Assembly (NCBI GenBank): GCA_022508805.1
Contig: JAFLUM010000002.1
Coordinates: 115,394-179,393, forward strand
Direction: 5' to 3'
Source of the DNA: Oscillospiraceae bacterium
Lineage (GTDB): Bacteria; Bacillota; Clostridia; Oscillospirales; Acutalibacteraceae
DNA length: 64,000 bases
Part shown: positions 9,413-19,107 of the stretch, piece by piece
Position numbering within the stretch: the first letter of the stretch is position 1
Layout: each line of letters starts with the position of its first letter
Program-made: the position numbers and the translations under genes
Notes under the pieces: generated by a model
The model's input: only the letters and a program-made list of their open reading frames with translations
What the model was told of the DNA's origin: nothing
The model's database searches: none

Positions 9413-10809
9413 TATTTATTAAGTTTTTCAATGATCGCAGGGTCACAGGTGTCTGCCAATGAACCGATTGAGCTCCAAAGCTCTTCTGCCTTTTCTTTCC
9501 ACTCGGGGAAATCTTTTGGATCGTCGGGGTAATCATCGTAGTGTCCGCCGACCTCAACACTCTTTTTCAGTCCCCAAAGCAGCTTGCCAATGCTTGCAGA
9601 CTTAAGTTTTTTTGTCGCAATGCCTTTGGTGATGCCCTTTATTATATCTGCAATATCTTTTCCGTCGATTTGAATGCCTGAGTTCGCACCGCCGAGAATT
9701 TTTTGGCTGAAGATAATGTCGTTGGCAAACAGGTATTCCGCCTCGTCAAAATTGGGAGCGATAACGCCCATAAGCAGCGGACGCATTGAGTCAAAGTCCT
9801 TGCCCTGAGCCTTCATATAGCGCTTATTTATGCTCCACATTCTCTCTTTGGTCAGGAATTTATCGGATTTTAAGAAATTGGATATGACCTCTACCGCAAT
9901 TTCACTGAGCACAAGCGAAGATGTGCATCCTTCACCGCTGGTGGGCTTTGTAAGACACGCCGCGTCGCCTAAAACGATAAATCCGTCGTCCACGAAGGAA
10001 TATACCGATCTGCGGTAAGGTGTGAGTCCCCTCTCGATTTTTTCAACCGTAAACTCGGGGAATTTGACATTTTTCATAAACTGAGTATGGAACACTTCCT
10101 CGGCGTATTCGAATGAGTGCCCTGCGCCGATACCGAGAATTGCATCATAGTCCTCGCCTGCCGGAGCCGACCAAGATTTATACTGCATAAAAAATCCGTC
10201 AAGGCTTCTGGGGTCTAACTCTCTGTCAAGATATTTGACATAGTAAAGCACCACGAAGAAAACATCGCGCGGCGACAGCTTGCCGTTCTCCACTACCGAC
10301 GTATCGGGAAGTTTAGTTCTTGCCGCTGACGGTATGCCCGAGCAGTCGGCTACTATTCTTGCAAAAGCCTCTTTTTCGCCCTCATCGGTTTTATACTTTG
10401 CGCCGATGATTCTTCCCAGATCATCAAAAATAAAGTCTTCAAAAGATGCGCCGTAAATAATCTCTGCACCGCTGTTTTTCGCACGCTCTGCCATAAGCAT
10501 TATGTAATCGTGCTTATGAAAGCCTACGACGGGAAAATATCCTCCCTCTTTCGGGTGATTTCCGTAAGGCGAAATCATTGGAGAGCTTGTAAAACTAAAC
10601 TCTCTGACAGGGTTTGATTCATCGGGCAGCTCAAGATCGAACTGCTCGATCTCCGCCTTGCTCATATGAAAAATATCATATGAACGCGATACGTTTTCGG
10701 GCTGTTCTTTTTCAATAACGAGCACCCTAAATCCCTTTTCTGTCATTTTGTGCGCAAAATGACAGCCTGTCGTTGAAGCACCGACGATCAATACATCATA
10801 CTTTTCCAT
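9412..10809 (-). CDS. FAD-dependent oxidoreductase, geranylgeranyl-reductase-like
   Basis: An N-terminal dinucleotide fold (YDVLIVGASTTGC) and a GDAA-type motif (VLGDAACLTKPTSGEG) are present. The substrate is unknown. Confidence 0.8.
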   Translation of the reverse strand: MEKYDVLIVGASTTGCHFAHKMTEKGFRVLVIEKEQPENVSRSYDIFHMSKAEIEQFDLELPDESNPVREFSFTSSPMISPYGNHPKEGGYFPVVGFHKHDYIMLMAERAKNSGAEIIYGASFEDFIFDDLGRIIGAKYKTDEGEKEAFARIVADCSGIPSAARTKLPDTSVVENGKLSPRDVFFVVLYYVKYLDRELDPRSLDGFFMQYKSWSAPAGEDYDAILGIGAGHSFEYAEEVFHTQFMKNVKFPEFTVEKIERGLTPYRRSVYSFVDDGFIVLGDAACLTKPTSGEGCTSSLVLSEIAVEVISNFLKSDKFLTKERMWSINKRYMKAQGKDFDSMRPLLMGVIAPNFDEAEYLFANDIIFSQKILGGANSGIQIDGKDIADIIKGITKGIATKKLKSASIGKLLWGLKKSVEVGGHYDDYPDDPKDFPEWKEKAEELWSSIGSLADTCDPAIIEKLNK

Positions 10810-10875
10810 AAAAAATCCCCTTTTTTAAGTTTTTATTCCAACTGCGTTTTATCCCCTTGTTTATAACGCAAATCG

Positions 10876-12213
10876 TCATACGGTTTTATCCAGCATTTCC
10901 ATTAGGCTTTTATTTCTTGTAGCAGAAACATTGTTAATATACAACACATCCTGAACGCCGTGCTTTTTTACAAAATCGCTTACGCTGCCTTTGTAATGGC
11001 GATAGTCAATAACGTATATTTTTTCGTAATTTTCCACAAGAAACGGTACGACTGCGTTGCCGAATGACTCTTTTACCACTAATAATGACGAACCGTCGTT
11101 AATATCAGGATTTGTTATCTCGGTAAAAGGATTGTCGCCGGCAATAAACGTGCTGTATTTTGCCGAACTTGTATATGCAGTAACATCGTTTATAATAGGC
11201 CACTTGAATTGCTCGCCCTTAGAGGTGGTATAGACAAGTGTAGCGTTTTCGTTCGGCACATACGCAATAATTTTGTCAGGATTCTTTTCAAGTACGGGCA
11301 GTTTGCCGGTATCAGTATAAAAGCTGCCGAGAAAATTATCGAATTCGACCTGTTTATATGCAGATAAGGGCATTTTGGTTATACCGCTTGCATCTGCAAA
11401 TTGTTCATAAGCATAATATGCTCCGAGAGCCGTCCAGTGATGATCGGTATTAAAATAAATATACTCCTTGCGGTGCTCCATAAGGGTGTTATAAATACGG
11501 ATCTGCTTTACGTTTTCACTCATTCCGCTGAACATATAGTCCATTGCTTTTTTCTGATCCGAGCTGTTAATAGTTGCCATATAATTATCAGGCAGAGTTA
11601 TACCGATACTTGTCGGAACTATCATAACATAAAAGTTGGCAACATCTTTCAGCGTGTCGGCTTCACGGTTTATTGTGCCGATATAGCTGTTAGCAACGGA
11701 TTGACTGAAATTATAATACTCATAAGCCCTATCGCCTGCAACAAAAACAGCACCCAAGGTTTGAGTATTCTCATTTTCGGCAACATAAGACTCCCAAGTA
11801 GGTTCTTCATTAGCAGTGTTTTCGGTATTGCTTTCAGTCAGTGATTCGTTCTGAGGCACATATTCATCGGGAATTTCATCGCCCTCAATAATTTCTCCGT
11901 GTATTTCTTCAGACGATATTCCGTAATTGCTCTTTATTTTCGTATTTAGTCCAACCCAAGTCTCTCTGCCGGGATATGTGTCTGAATACCAGTCGCCTAT
12001 TTTTCTGAAATAGTCTCCGCTGAAAAACTCCGATACCGAAAATTGCGGGAATTTTGCCAATTCACGCTTTTCCGACTCAGAATATTGCGGTCTCAAAGGC
12101 ACAATAAATCCAATTACCGTCATAGCGGCGAGTGTAACGGCAAAGACAGCAAACTGTGCCAAATAAACCGCTATATGCTTTTTAAGTTTTTTCTTATTTG
12201 TATTCGATTTCAT
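10876..12213 (-). CDS. DHHW family protein (AlgJ/AlgX-like extracytoplasmic O-acyltransferase candidate)
   Basis: An N-terminal signal anchor and the diagnostic FNTDHHWT motif. It lies immediately downstream of an MBOAT gene. Confidence 0.85.
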   Translation of the reverse strand: MKSNTNKKKLKKHIAVYLAQFAVFAVTLAAMTVIGFIVPLRPQYSESEKRELAKFPQFSVSEFFSGDYFRKIGDWYSDTYPGRETWVGLNTKIKSNYGISSEEIHGEIIEGDEIPDEYVPQNESLTESNTENTANEEPTWESYVAENENTQTLGAVFVAGDRAYEYYNFSQSVANSYIGTINREADTLKDVANFYVMIVPTSIGITLPDNYMATINSSDQKKAMDYMFSGMSENVKQIRIYNTLMEHRKEYIYFNTDHHWTALGAYYAYEQFADASGITKMPLSAYKQVEFDNFLGSFYTDTGKLPVLEKNPDKIIAYVPNENATLVYTTSKGEQFKWPIINDVTAYTSSAKYSTFIAGDNPFTEITNPDINDGSSLLVVKESFGNAVVPFLVENYEKIYVIDYRHYKGSVSDFVKKHGVQDVLYINNVSATRNKSLMEMLDKTV

Positions 12214-12227
12214 AGCTTGCTCCGAAT

Positions 12228-13676
12228 TTAAAATTGAAAATACAGAAACGGATTATAACTGCTGCCTACTATGTTAATAAACGAAATGAAAATCAAAACA
12301 GCAGGCGACAAAACAGTTGCTGCCGACCAAACAGTCATAGCGGGTTTACTGTCCAAAGATTTAGCCTTAAGACGCGTGCTGACGGTCTTAACTATCGGGC
12401 ACACGGCGATACAGGCTACAATAATAAAGAAAACATTGTTTTTAAATACTGTTGCCGTTTCAAAGCTTGTTAATGTATTGGAATTCAGTCCGAACATACC
12501 GCGAAGAACCGCCGCTAACTCACTCATGCTCTCGAATTTAAATAATATCCAGCCAAAATACACGACGATTATTAAATATATATTTGAAAGTATTTTTGCA
12601 TTTTCAAGCACTTTTCCGAGGAAAGCTTTTTCCAGTGCGATAAAAACGAAAAAGTACAGTCCCCAGAAAATGTAGTTCCAGCTGGCTCCGTGCCAAAGTC
12701 CCGTTAACGCCCAAACGACAAACAAATTAAGGTATGTTCTCGTTTTGCCTTTTCTGTTGCCGCCGAGAGGAATATAGACGTAATCTCTGAAAAATGAACC
12801 CAGCGAAATATGCCATCTGCGCCAAAATTCAGATACAGAGCGTGACATATAAGGATAATCAAAGTTTTCTTTATACTGAATACCTATCATTCGTCCCATA
12901 CCTATTGCCATATCGGAATAAGCAGAGAAATCAAGATATATCTGCAAAGCGAACATCAGCATTCCCAGCCAAAGGGATAAAACCGACTTTTGGGAAATTA
13001 TTGAGACTGCATCTGCGGTACCCATCATATTGTCGGGGATAATCAGCGTTTCTACAAGACTGCCGCACATATTACTCAAGACAGCTTTTTTGGCAAGTCC
13101 AACGCAAAAACGGTTTATTCCTGCATTTATGTCAGTCGCCAAGGCTTGCCTCCTCAAAAGCTGCCGCTCAACGTCTTTGTACCGAACGATAGGACCTGCT
13201 ATGCATTGGTGGAAAAGACTTGCATATAAAAGCACAATATGAAATTTATGTTGTGCCTTTACGTCACCTCTGTAAACATCCACAACATAGGACAAGAGCT
13301 GGAAAGTATAAAATGAGATACCGATAGGCAAAGCTATTTCGGGTATTTGCGACGGAACGCCGAAAATATGATTAAAGTTTGTTAAAACAAATACACCGTA
13401 CTTAAAAATTCCTATCAATCCGAGATTGACAATACACGCTAAAACCAAAAAGAGCTTTTTACGGTTTGTATGCTTTTCCATAAGTAGGGCAAACATCCAA
13501 TCCGCAAAGGACATAAGCAGTAACAGCAGGATATATTTCGGCTCTCCCCAAGAGTAAAATATTAAAGAAAAAATCAATAAAACTATATTTTTTGCCTTGA
13601 TGCTGTTTACAGTAAAGTATAAAAGCATACAAAGCGGAAAAAACACAAGCAAAAACGGTAAACTGACAAAAACCAT
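12228..13676 (-). CDS. MBOAT family O-acyltransferase (AlgI/DltB-like)
   Basis: A polytopic 482-aa protein with the MBOAT histidine region FWRRWHISLGSFFRDYVYIPLGGNR. Confidence 0.9.
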   Translation of the reverse strand: MVFVSLPFLLVFFPLCMLLYFTVNSIKAKNIVLLIFSLIFYSWGEPKYILLLLLMSFADWMFALLMEKHTNRKKLFLVLACIVNLGLIGIFKYGVFVLTNFNHIFGVPSQIPEIALPIGISFYTFQLLSYVVDVYRGDVKAQHKFHIVLLYASLFHQCIAGPIVRYKDVERQLLRRQALATDINAGINRFCVGLAKKAVLSNMCGSLVETLIIPDNMMGTADAVSIISQKSVLSLWLGMLMFALQIYLDFSAYSDMAIGMGRMIGIQYKENFDYPYMSRSVSEFWRRWHISLGSFFRDYVYIPLGGNRKGKTRTYLNLFVVWALTGLWHGASWNYIFWGLYFFVFIALEKAFLGKVLENAKILSNIYLIIVVYFGWILFKFESMSELAAVLRGMFGLNSNTLTSFETATVFKNNVFFIIVACIAVCPIVKTVSTRLKAKSLDSKPAMTVWSAATVLSPAVLIFISFINIVGSSYNPFLYFQF

Positions 13677-13690
13677 TTTTCCCTATCCTC

Positions 13691-14557
13691 TCAATCCATA
13701 AGTTCAATAATTCCCTTATCCGCAGGTTCACAAATATAGGTGTTATTATATGTTTTTCGCAAAGCTTCATAGCATTTTTGCGCCTTTTCATAATCGGAAA
13801 ATAATCCGTAAACGGTAGGTCCGCTGCCGCTCATACAAGCAGCGTCTGCGCCGAAGCGGTGCATAGTGCTTTTTATGTACGGGCGCTCGGGGACCTCCAC
13901 AGCCTGTTCAAACACATTACCGCAAAGCGTGCATATTTTTTTGTAATCCCCCTGTGACACCGCTTCAAGCATTCCCACACGGTCAAGATGTCTCACACGC
14001 GGGAGCGTGTCATACTGAGCGTATGCAATAGGCGTAGAAACCGCTTGATCAGGTTTTACAAGAATTATTCGGCAATTCTTTAACGGTTTAACCGGTGCTA
14101 TTATATCACCTATTCCCAAAGAAACGGCAGTTCCGCCCACAAGACTGAATGGGATATCAGCTCCTAACCCAGCGCCGATTTCACAAAGAGTGTTTTGAGA
14201 AAGCCCTGCAGAATAAATCTTGTTTAAAGAATACAGTACAGCCGCGCCGTCCGCGCTGCCCCCCGCAGTTCCCGCCGCAACGGGGATATTTTTTTCTATC
14301 TTTATTCTAACCGCTCTGTCGTCTATTTTGCAAAAATCAAAAAACGCCTCGGCGCACTTATACGCAATATTTTTTTCGTTGCAGGGTACGTTTTCATCGT
14401 CACATTCAATAAGTATCTTATCTCCGCCGCGCTCTACAGTCACGGTATCATAAAGACTGACGGACTGCATGATCATAAACAGGCTATGGTAACCGCTGTC
14501 AAGCCTTTTTAAAATATCGAGCATTAAATTTATTTTTGCCGCTGATTTGACCTTCAT
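13691..14557 (-). CDS. ispE: 4-diphosphocytidyl-2-C-methyl-D-erythritol kinase
   Basis: GHMP kinase motif PVAAGTAGGSADGAA and an IspE-like N-terminus (KINL.L.I..R...GYH.L..). Confidence 0.93.
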   Translation of the reverse strand: MKVKSAAKINLMLDILKRLDSGYHSLFMIMQSVSLYDTVTVERGGDKILIECDDENVPCNEKNIAYKCAEAFFDFCKIDDRAVRIKIEKNIPVAAGTAGGSADGAAVLYSLNKIYSAGLSQNTLCEIGAGLGADIPFSLVGGTAVSLGIGDIIAPVKPLKNCRIILVKPDQAVSTPIAYAQYDTLPRVRHLDRVGMLEAVSQGDYKKICTLCGNVFEQAVEVPERPYIKSTMHRFGADAACMSGSGPTVYGLFSDYEKAQKCYEALRKTYNNTYICEPADKGIIELMD

Positions 14558-14558
14558 T

Positions 14559-15386
14559 TTACACTGTTTCCTTTTCTATTTTCATAAGCATCGGCGTTCT
14601 TCTTTGGAAAAATGCGATCTCTGTAAAGCCTGCACTGAGAGCAGCGTCATAAGCTTTATCAATATCCCGTGCCAGATGCTCGGCATAATGAGCATCAGAT
14701 CCGACAGTGACGAGCCTGCCGCCCAGCTCACGAAAGCGTTTTATTATATCTGTTTCGGGCTGTAACTTGTTTAACGGCTGTCTTAATCCTGCTGTATTTA
14801 TTTCAAGAGCCTTGTCCTGCTTTGCAGTAAGCGCAAGTATCCGGTCTATCTGCCCTTTATAGTCATTTAGATCCATTGACAATCCCGATTTTGAATAAAA
14901 ATATCTTAACGGATAAGTAAGATGTGCCAATACGTCAAAATTTCCCCAATGAAGCATTTCAATTATCTCGTCAAAATACTCTTTAAGATGTTTTGATGCC
15001 GTTTCGTAGGTCAGATTTTCCATAAAATAAAAATCCTGACCGTCACGGAAGTTATGAACAGAGCCTAAAATCTGGTCATAATCATAGCGTGAAACGATTT
15101 CATTTGCCTTGGGAATATCATATGTCGGTTGTCCCAACTCAATACCGTTAAGCACCAACAATTTACCCATAAAGGCTGAACGCGCCTTTGCAACCTCAAA
15201 GAAGCTTTGCCACACTCTTTTTTCATATTTGTTATCATTTTTAAATTGGTCGATTTCGCAATGATCGGTAAAAGCAACAGCCCTCAAGTCCTGAAACTCG
15301 GCTTTTTCACATAAAAAAGTAGCAGAATGATGTCCGTCAAAGGAATTGTCTGTATGCACGTGCAAATCGACAATATTTTTATACAT
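14559..15386 (-). CDS. PHP-domain phosphoesterase (HisJ-family histidinol-phosphatase-like)
   Basis: N-terminal DLHVHTDNSFDG plus later His/Asp motifs (GSVHN, GSDAH) typical of PHP hydrolases. Confidence 0.8.
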   Translation of the reverse strand: MYKNIVDLHVHTDNSFDGHHSATFLCEKAEFQDLRAVAFTDHCEIDQFKNDNKYEKRVWQSFFEVAKARSAFMGKLLVLNGIELGQPTYDIPKANEIVSRYDYDQILGSVHNFRDGQDFYFMENLTYETASKHLKEYFDEIIEMLHWGNFDVLAHLTYPLRYFYSKSGLSMDLNDYKGQIDRILALTAKQDKALEINTAGLRQPLNKLQPETDIIKRFRELGGRLVTVGSDAHYAEHLARDIDKAYDAALSAGFTEIAFFQRRTPMLMKIEKETV

Positions 15387-15487
15387 TTAATTGAACGCCT
15401 CCAATAAATTCTAATTTAATTTTACATACAATTAAAGCTTTTTTCAACAGAAATTTCGGAAAATTTTGCGGTGATTTTTGAAAAATA

Positions 15488-15516
15488 TTCACATTTTAAA
15501 TTTTTTGTGTTAAAAT
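15488..15516 (+). promoter_or_regulatory. candidate sigma-A promoter (TTCACA-17-TGtTAAAAT)
   Basis: TTCACA at 15488-15493 and TAAAAT at 15511-15516, preceded by TGT. Confidence 0.4.
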
Positions 15517-15545
15517 GTCTCTATTCTGATTTTGGAGGCATATTT

Positions 15546-15815
15546 ATGAGAGGAATAATCACCGTAGTAGGTAAAGATATGGTAGGTATTCTCGCAAAGG
15601 TATCCGGCGTTTGCAGTGAAAATAACGTGAATGTTATTGAAGTTTCGCAGTCAATACTTCAGGATATGTTCTGTATGATAATGCTGGTCGACTTGGAAAA
15701 ATGTACGGTTTCATTTACCGATTTTTCGGATAAAATCTCTGCAATAGGCAATGAAATGGCACTTTCAATCCACGTTATGCATGAGGATATATTTAACTCG
15801 ATGCACAGAATATAA
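15546..15815 (+). CDS. ACT domain-containing protein (UPF0237 family)
   Basis: An 89-aa protein beginning MRGIITVVGKDMVGILAKVS. I moved the start to ATG 15546, which follows GGAGG at 15533-15537. Confidence 0.85.
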   Translation: MRGIITVVGKDMVGILAKVSGVCSENNVNVIEVSQSILQDMFCMIMLVDLEKCTVSFTDFSDKISAIGNEMALSIHVMHEDIFNSMHRI

Positions 15816-15830
15816 AATTGAGGTCTACTG

Positions 15831-17186
15831 ATGATAAATACTCACGATATACTTGAAACGATAAATATGATTCAAGACGAAAATCTTGATATCAGAACCA
15901 TTACAATGGGAATTTCTCTGCTTGACTGCTGTTCGGACGATATTAACGCCTCATGCGACAAGATATACGAGAAAATAACAAGAAAAGCCGAAAATCTTAT
16001 TAGGGTCGGCGAGGATATTGAAAAGGAATACGGCATACCCATAATCAATAAGCGTATTTCGGTTACACCGATCGCCATGCTTTGCGCATCAAGTAAGGGT
16101 GACCCCATTCTTTACGCCAAGACCTTAGAACGGGTTGCAGGAACCGTCGGAGTAAACTTTATCGGCGGATACTCAGCTCTCGTACAAAAAGGTTTTGCCG
16201 CAGGAGATGAAGCTTTAATACGCAGTATCCCCGAAGCGCTGAGCGTAACAGAACATATCTGCTCGTCGGTAAACATTGGCTCAACCAAAGCGGGAATAAA
16301 TATGGACGCGGTAAAGCTTATGGGACAAATTGTCAAGGAAAGCGCCGAGGTCACCGCCGATAAGGGGTGCATCGGTCCTGCAAAGCTGGTGGTATTTTGC
16401 AACGCTCCCGAGGATAACCCCTTTATGGCGGGAGCTTTTCACGGTGCGGGAGAACCTGACTGTGTGATAAACGTCGGTGTTTCGGGACCGGGCGTTGTAA
16501 GGTCGGCAATATCCAAAATTCCCGATGCAGATATTACCGAGGTCGCAGATATGGTAAAGCGTACCGCATTCAAGATAACAAGAATGGGGCAGCTTGTGGC
16601 TAAAGAGGCATCAAAACGCCTTAATGTGCCCTTCGGCATAGTAGACCTCTCCCTTGCTCCGACACCTGCCATAGGCGATTCCGTTGCCCATATTCTTGAG
16701 GAAATGGGGCTTGAACAGTGCGGAGCACACGGAACGACCGCTTGCCTTGCACTTCTTAATGATGCGGTCAAAAAAGGCGGAGTTATGGCATCTTCGCACG
16801 TCGGCGGACTTTCCGGTGCATTTATACCCGTTTCTGAGGATGCAGGTATGATAGATGCAGCCACAAACGGCACACTCACCGTTGAAAAGCTTGAGGCAAT
16901 GACCGCCGTGTGCTCTGTTGGACTTGATATGATAATCGTACCCGGTGATACAAGCGCCGAGGTGATTTCGGGAATTATTGCTGACGAGGCAGCTATCGGA
17001 ATGGTCAACTCAAAGACGACAGCCGTCCGCCTTATTCCTGCAATCGGTAAGAATGTGGGAGACACCTTGAATTTCGGCGGACTCTTAGGCTACGGACCCG
17101 TTATGAGGCTCAATTCGGCATCGCCCGCTAAATTCATAAACCGCGGCGGACGCATCCCCGCTCCCCTTCAAAGCTTAAAAAATTAA
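15831..17186 (+). CDS. UPF0210 (DUF711, PFL-like) family protein
   Basis: A 451-aa protein with the family N-terminus ILETI.MI....[15 protein letters not shown]. It has the conserved partnership with the upstream ACT protein. Confidence 0.9.
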   Translation: MINTHDILETINMIQDENLDIRTITMGISLLDCCSDDINASCDKIYEKITRKAENLIRVGEDIEKEYGIPIINKRISVTPIAMLCASSKGDPILYAKTLERVAGTVGVNFIGGYSALVQKGFAAGDEALIRSIPEALSVTEHICSSVNIGSTKAGINMDAVKLMGQIVKESAEVTADKGCIGPAKLVVFCNAPEDNPFMAGAFHGAGEPDCVINVGVSGPGVVRSAISKIPDADITEVADMVKRTAFKITRMGQLVAKEASKRLNVPFGIVDLSLAPTPAIGDSVAHILEEMGLEQCGAHGTTACLALLNDAVKKGGVMASSHVGGLSGAFIPVSEDAGMIDAATNGTLTVEKLEAMTAVCSVGLDMIIVPGDTSAEVISGIIADEAAIGMVNSKTTAVRLIPAIGKNVGDTLNFGGLLGYGPVMRLNSASPAKFINRGGRIPAPLQSLKN

Positions 17187-17196
17187 AATACATACC

Positions 17197-17235
17197 AAAG
17201 GCTCGGAACGCAAAGCTGTGTTCCGAGCCTTTTTG
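17197..17235. terminator. bidirectional intrinsic terminator
   Basis: A 10-bp stem, GGCTCGGAAC-loop-GTTCCGAGCC, flanked by AAA and TTTTT. Confidence 0.85.
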
Positions 17236-17237
17236 TG

Positions 17238-18485
17238 TCAGGCAGCACTTTGATTATCGACAATAAATTTTTGCATTTCCCGACACACGGAGGTTTCAAG
17301 CATTCTTTCGGCAAAAATTGCATAGCCCTGCTTAGGATTATTTACAAACACATGTGTTATTGCCCCGACAAGCATACCGTCTTGGATTATCGGAGTACCG
17401 CTCATTCCCTGCAGTATTCCGCCGGTTTTTGACATTAATCTTTCATCGGTGATCTCTATGATCATATCTTTATTTACCGTTGAAGAATTTGAAAAGACTT
17501 TTACTATTTTTACATCATAGTATTCAGGCGGATTTTTGTCTATTGTACAAATTATTTGAGCATAGCCATCATGAATCTCTTGTTTTACCGCCACAGGAAG
17601 AGGATTTTCTTGCTTTTCACAAGAAGTATATCCGTATATGCCTGTCTCGTCATTTATGCAGAGAATTCCGGTGTTATTCCCAGTAAAAACTCCGCAAAGC
17701 TCACCGACATTTCCTGCGCTGCTTTTGTATAATCCGTTCACATAAGCCTCAGCCATATCACCTTGTGCCATAGGCATTATTTCATCGGTATCAATATCGC
17801 ATATTGCATGACCGAGCCCGCCGAAAGAACTATTTTCGGGATTATAAAAGGTCACTGTTCCTATTCCCGCAGTGCTGTCACGTACCCACAGACCGGCTTT
17901 ATATTTGCCGCTTGATTTTTCCTTAACAGATTGAAATTCTATTTCGATAAAGCTTTCGTCCCTTAAAACGAAAAAATTCATCTTACTGCCTGCACTTTTT
18001 TCAATAAGTCCCGCAAGCTCTGCGGTCGAGGTGACCTTTTCACCGTTGACCGATTTTATAATATCGCCGATTTTAAGCCCGGCTTTTTCGGCAGGATTTA
18101 CTTCCCCGTTTTCACTTTCAATAGAATCCATTCCGACAACGACAGTACCGTCTGTATATAGCTTTATCCCGAATATCTCTCCGCCGGGAATTACATACTG
18201 TCTTTTGGAGTTTGTAATTTTTGTGCTTTTTACGGGAATAATATTTAAAAGCGATATTTTTGCCTCATTTTGCGATGCTTGAGCAGTCCCCAATACAACG
18301 CCGGTCTTACTTACCACATCGCTGTTAAATAAAGAAACTCCTAAGATTTTCGGCGCCTCATATCCGTTATTTTCAACAGTTGTAATGCTGTCGGGGATAG
18401 CCTTTTGACCGAAATAAATTAAAGAAAACAGAACAGCGCAAACGACTGTACACAAAAATGAAAAAATTTTTATTAAACTACGCAT
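17238..18485 (-). CDS. spoIVB: SpoIVB peptidase (S55) with PDZ domain
   Basis: Signal anchor, PDZ region (GLKIGDII.SVNG) and S55 catalytic region (GTVTF..P....FGGLGH, GMSGTPI). Confidence 0.9.
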   Translation of the reverse strand: MRSLIKIFSFLCTVVCAVLFSLIYFGQKAIPDSITTVENNGYEAPKILGVSLFNSDVVSKTGVVLGTAQASQNEAKISLLNIIPVKSTKITNSKRQYVIPGGEIFGIKLYTDGTVVVGMDSIESENGEVNPAEKAGLKIGDIIKSVNGEKVTSTAELAGLIEKSAGSKMNFFVLRDESFIEIEFQSVKEKSSGKYKAGLWVRDSTAGIGTVTFYNPENSSFGGLGHAICDIDTDEIMPMAQGDMAEAYVNGLYKSSAGNVGELCGVFTGNNTGILCINDETGIYGYTSCEKQENPLPVAVKQEIHDGYAQIICTIDKNPPEYYDVKIVKVFSNSSTVNKDMIIEITDERLMSKTGGILQGMSGTPIIQDGMLVGAITHVFVNNPKQGYAIFAERMLETSVCREMQKFIVDNQSAA

Positions 18486-18550
18486 TTCTCACCTCCGCGC
18501 GGATCTTAACCGCACTAATAATTTGCCACAACGCAGTTTAATTATTTACG

Positions 18551-18573
18551 GAAAAAAAATCGCCTTACGGCAA
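18551..18573 (-). terminator. weak intrinsic terminator after aroK
   Basis: The minus strand reads TTGCC-GTAA-GGCGA followed by T8. The stem is short (5 bp including one G.U). Confidence 0.4.
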
Positions 18574-18609
18574 TAAATGAATATGCCATAAAGCGAATAA
18601 ATATTTATA

Positions 18610-19104
18610 CTATTTTAAATGTTTGCAAATTTTTTCGACAGTCTGCTCTGCACGGCAGCCTTCAAGAGATAAAATCACGTCAGCATATTTTTCATAAAGG
18701 GTCGAACGTTCGTTAAAAATGTCGTCAACAGTTTCACCTTTTTTGGCGGCAATACCGCGCGTGCTGATGTTATTTAAACGTTTTTTGATTTCAGGAAGCG
18801 GAACGTCGAGATAGAAAATTTTTCCGTTCTTCTTTAAATGCTCCATAGCATCAGAGCGGAATATAACGCTGCCACCTGTCGCAATAACGCAGTTATCACA
18901 GTCAAGTGTCTTTACTGCCGCTGCCTCACAGTCGAGAAATTTTTCAATCCCGTCTGTATTGATTATATCCTGAAGCAGCCGTTTTTCACGTTGTTGAATT
19001 ATCAAATCAGTATCGACAAAGCCCACGCCAAGCGTCTTTGCAAGAATTACGCCGACAGTGCTTTTTCCCGAGGCCGGCATACCGATCAAAATTATGTTAG
19101 ACAT
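18610..19104 (-). CDS. aroK: shikimate kinase
   Basis: Walker A GMPASGKSTVG, a DTD motif, and 164 aa in length. Confidence 0.9.
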   Translation of the reverse strand: MSNIILIGMPASGKSTVGVILAKTLGVGFVDTDLIIQQREKRLLQDIINTDGIEKFLDCEAAAVKTLDCDNCVIATGGSVIFRSDAMEHLKKNGKIFYLDVPLPEIKKRLNNISTRGIAAKKGETVDDIFNERSTLYEKYADVILSLEGCRAEQTVEKICKHLK

Positions 19105-19107
19105 AAT

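Noticed and set aside
13459-13791. A 110-aa minus-strand ORF bridging the ispE end and the MBOAT start.
   Set aside because: It is out of frame and overlaps two strongly supported genes.
16439-17065. A 208-aa minus-strand ORF.
   Set aside because: It is antisense to the UPF0210 gene. Its Ser/Pro/Ala-rich composition is what a complement of a Gly/Ala-rich gene would give.
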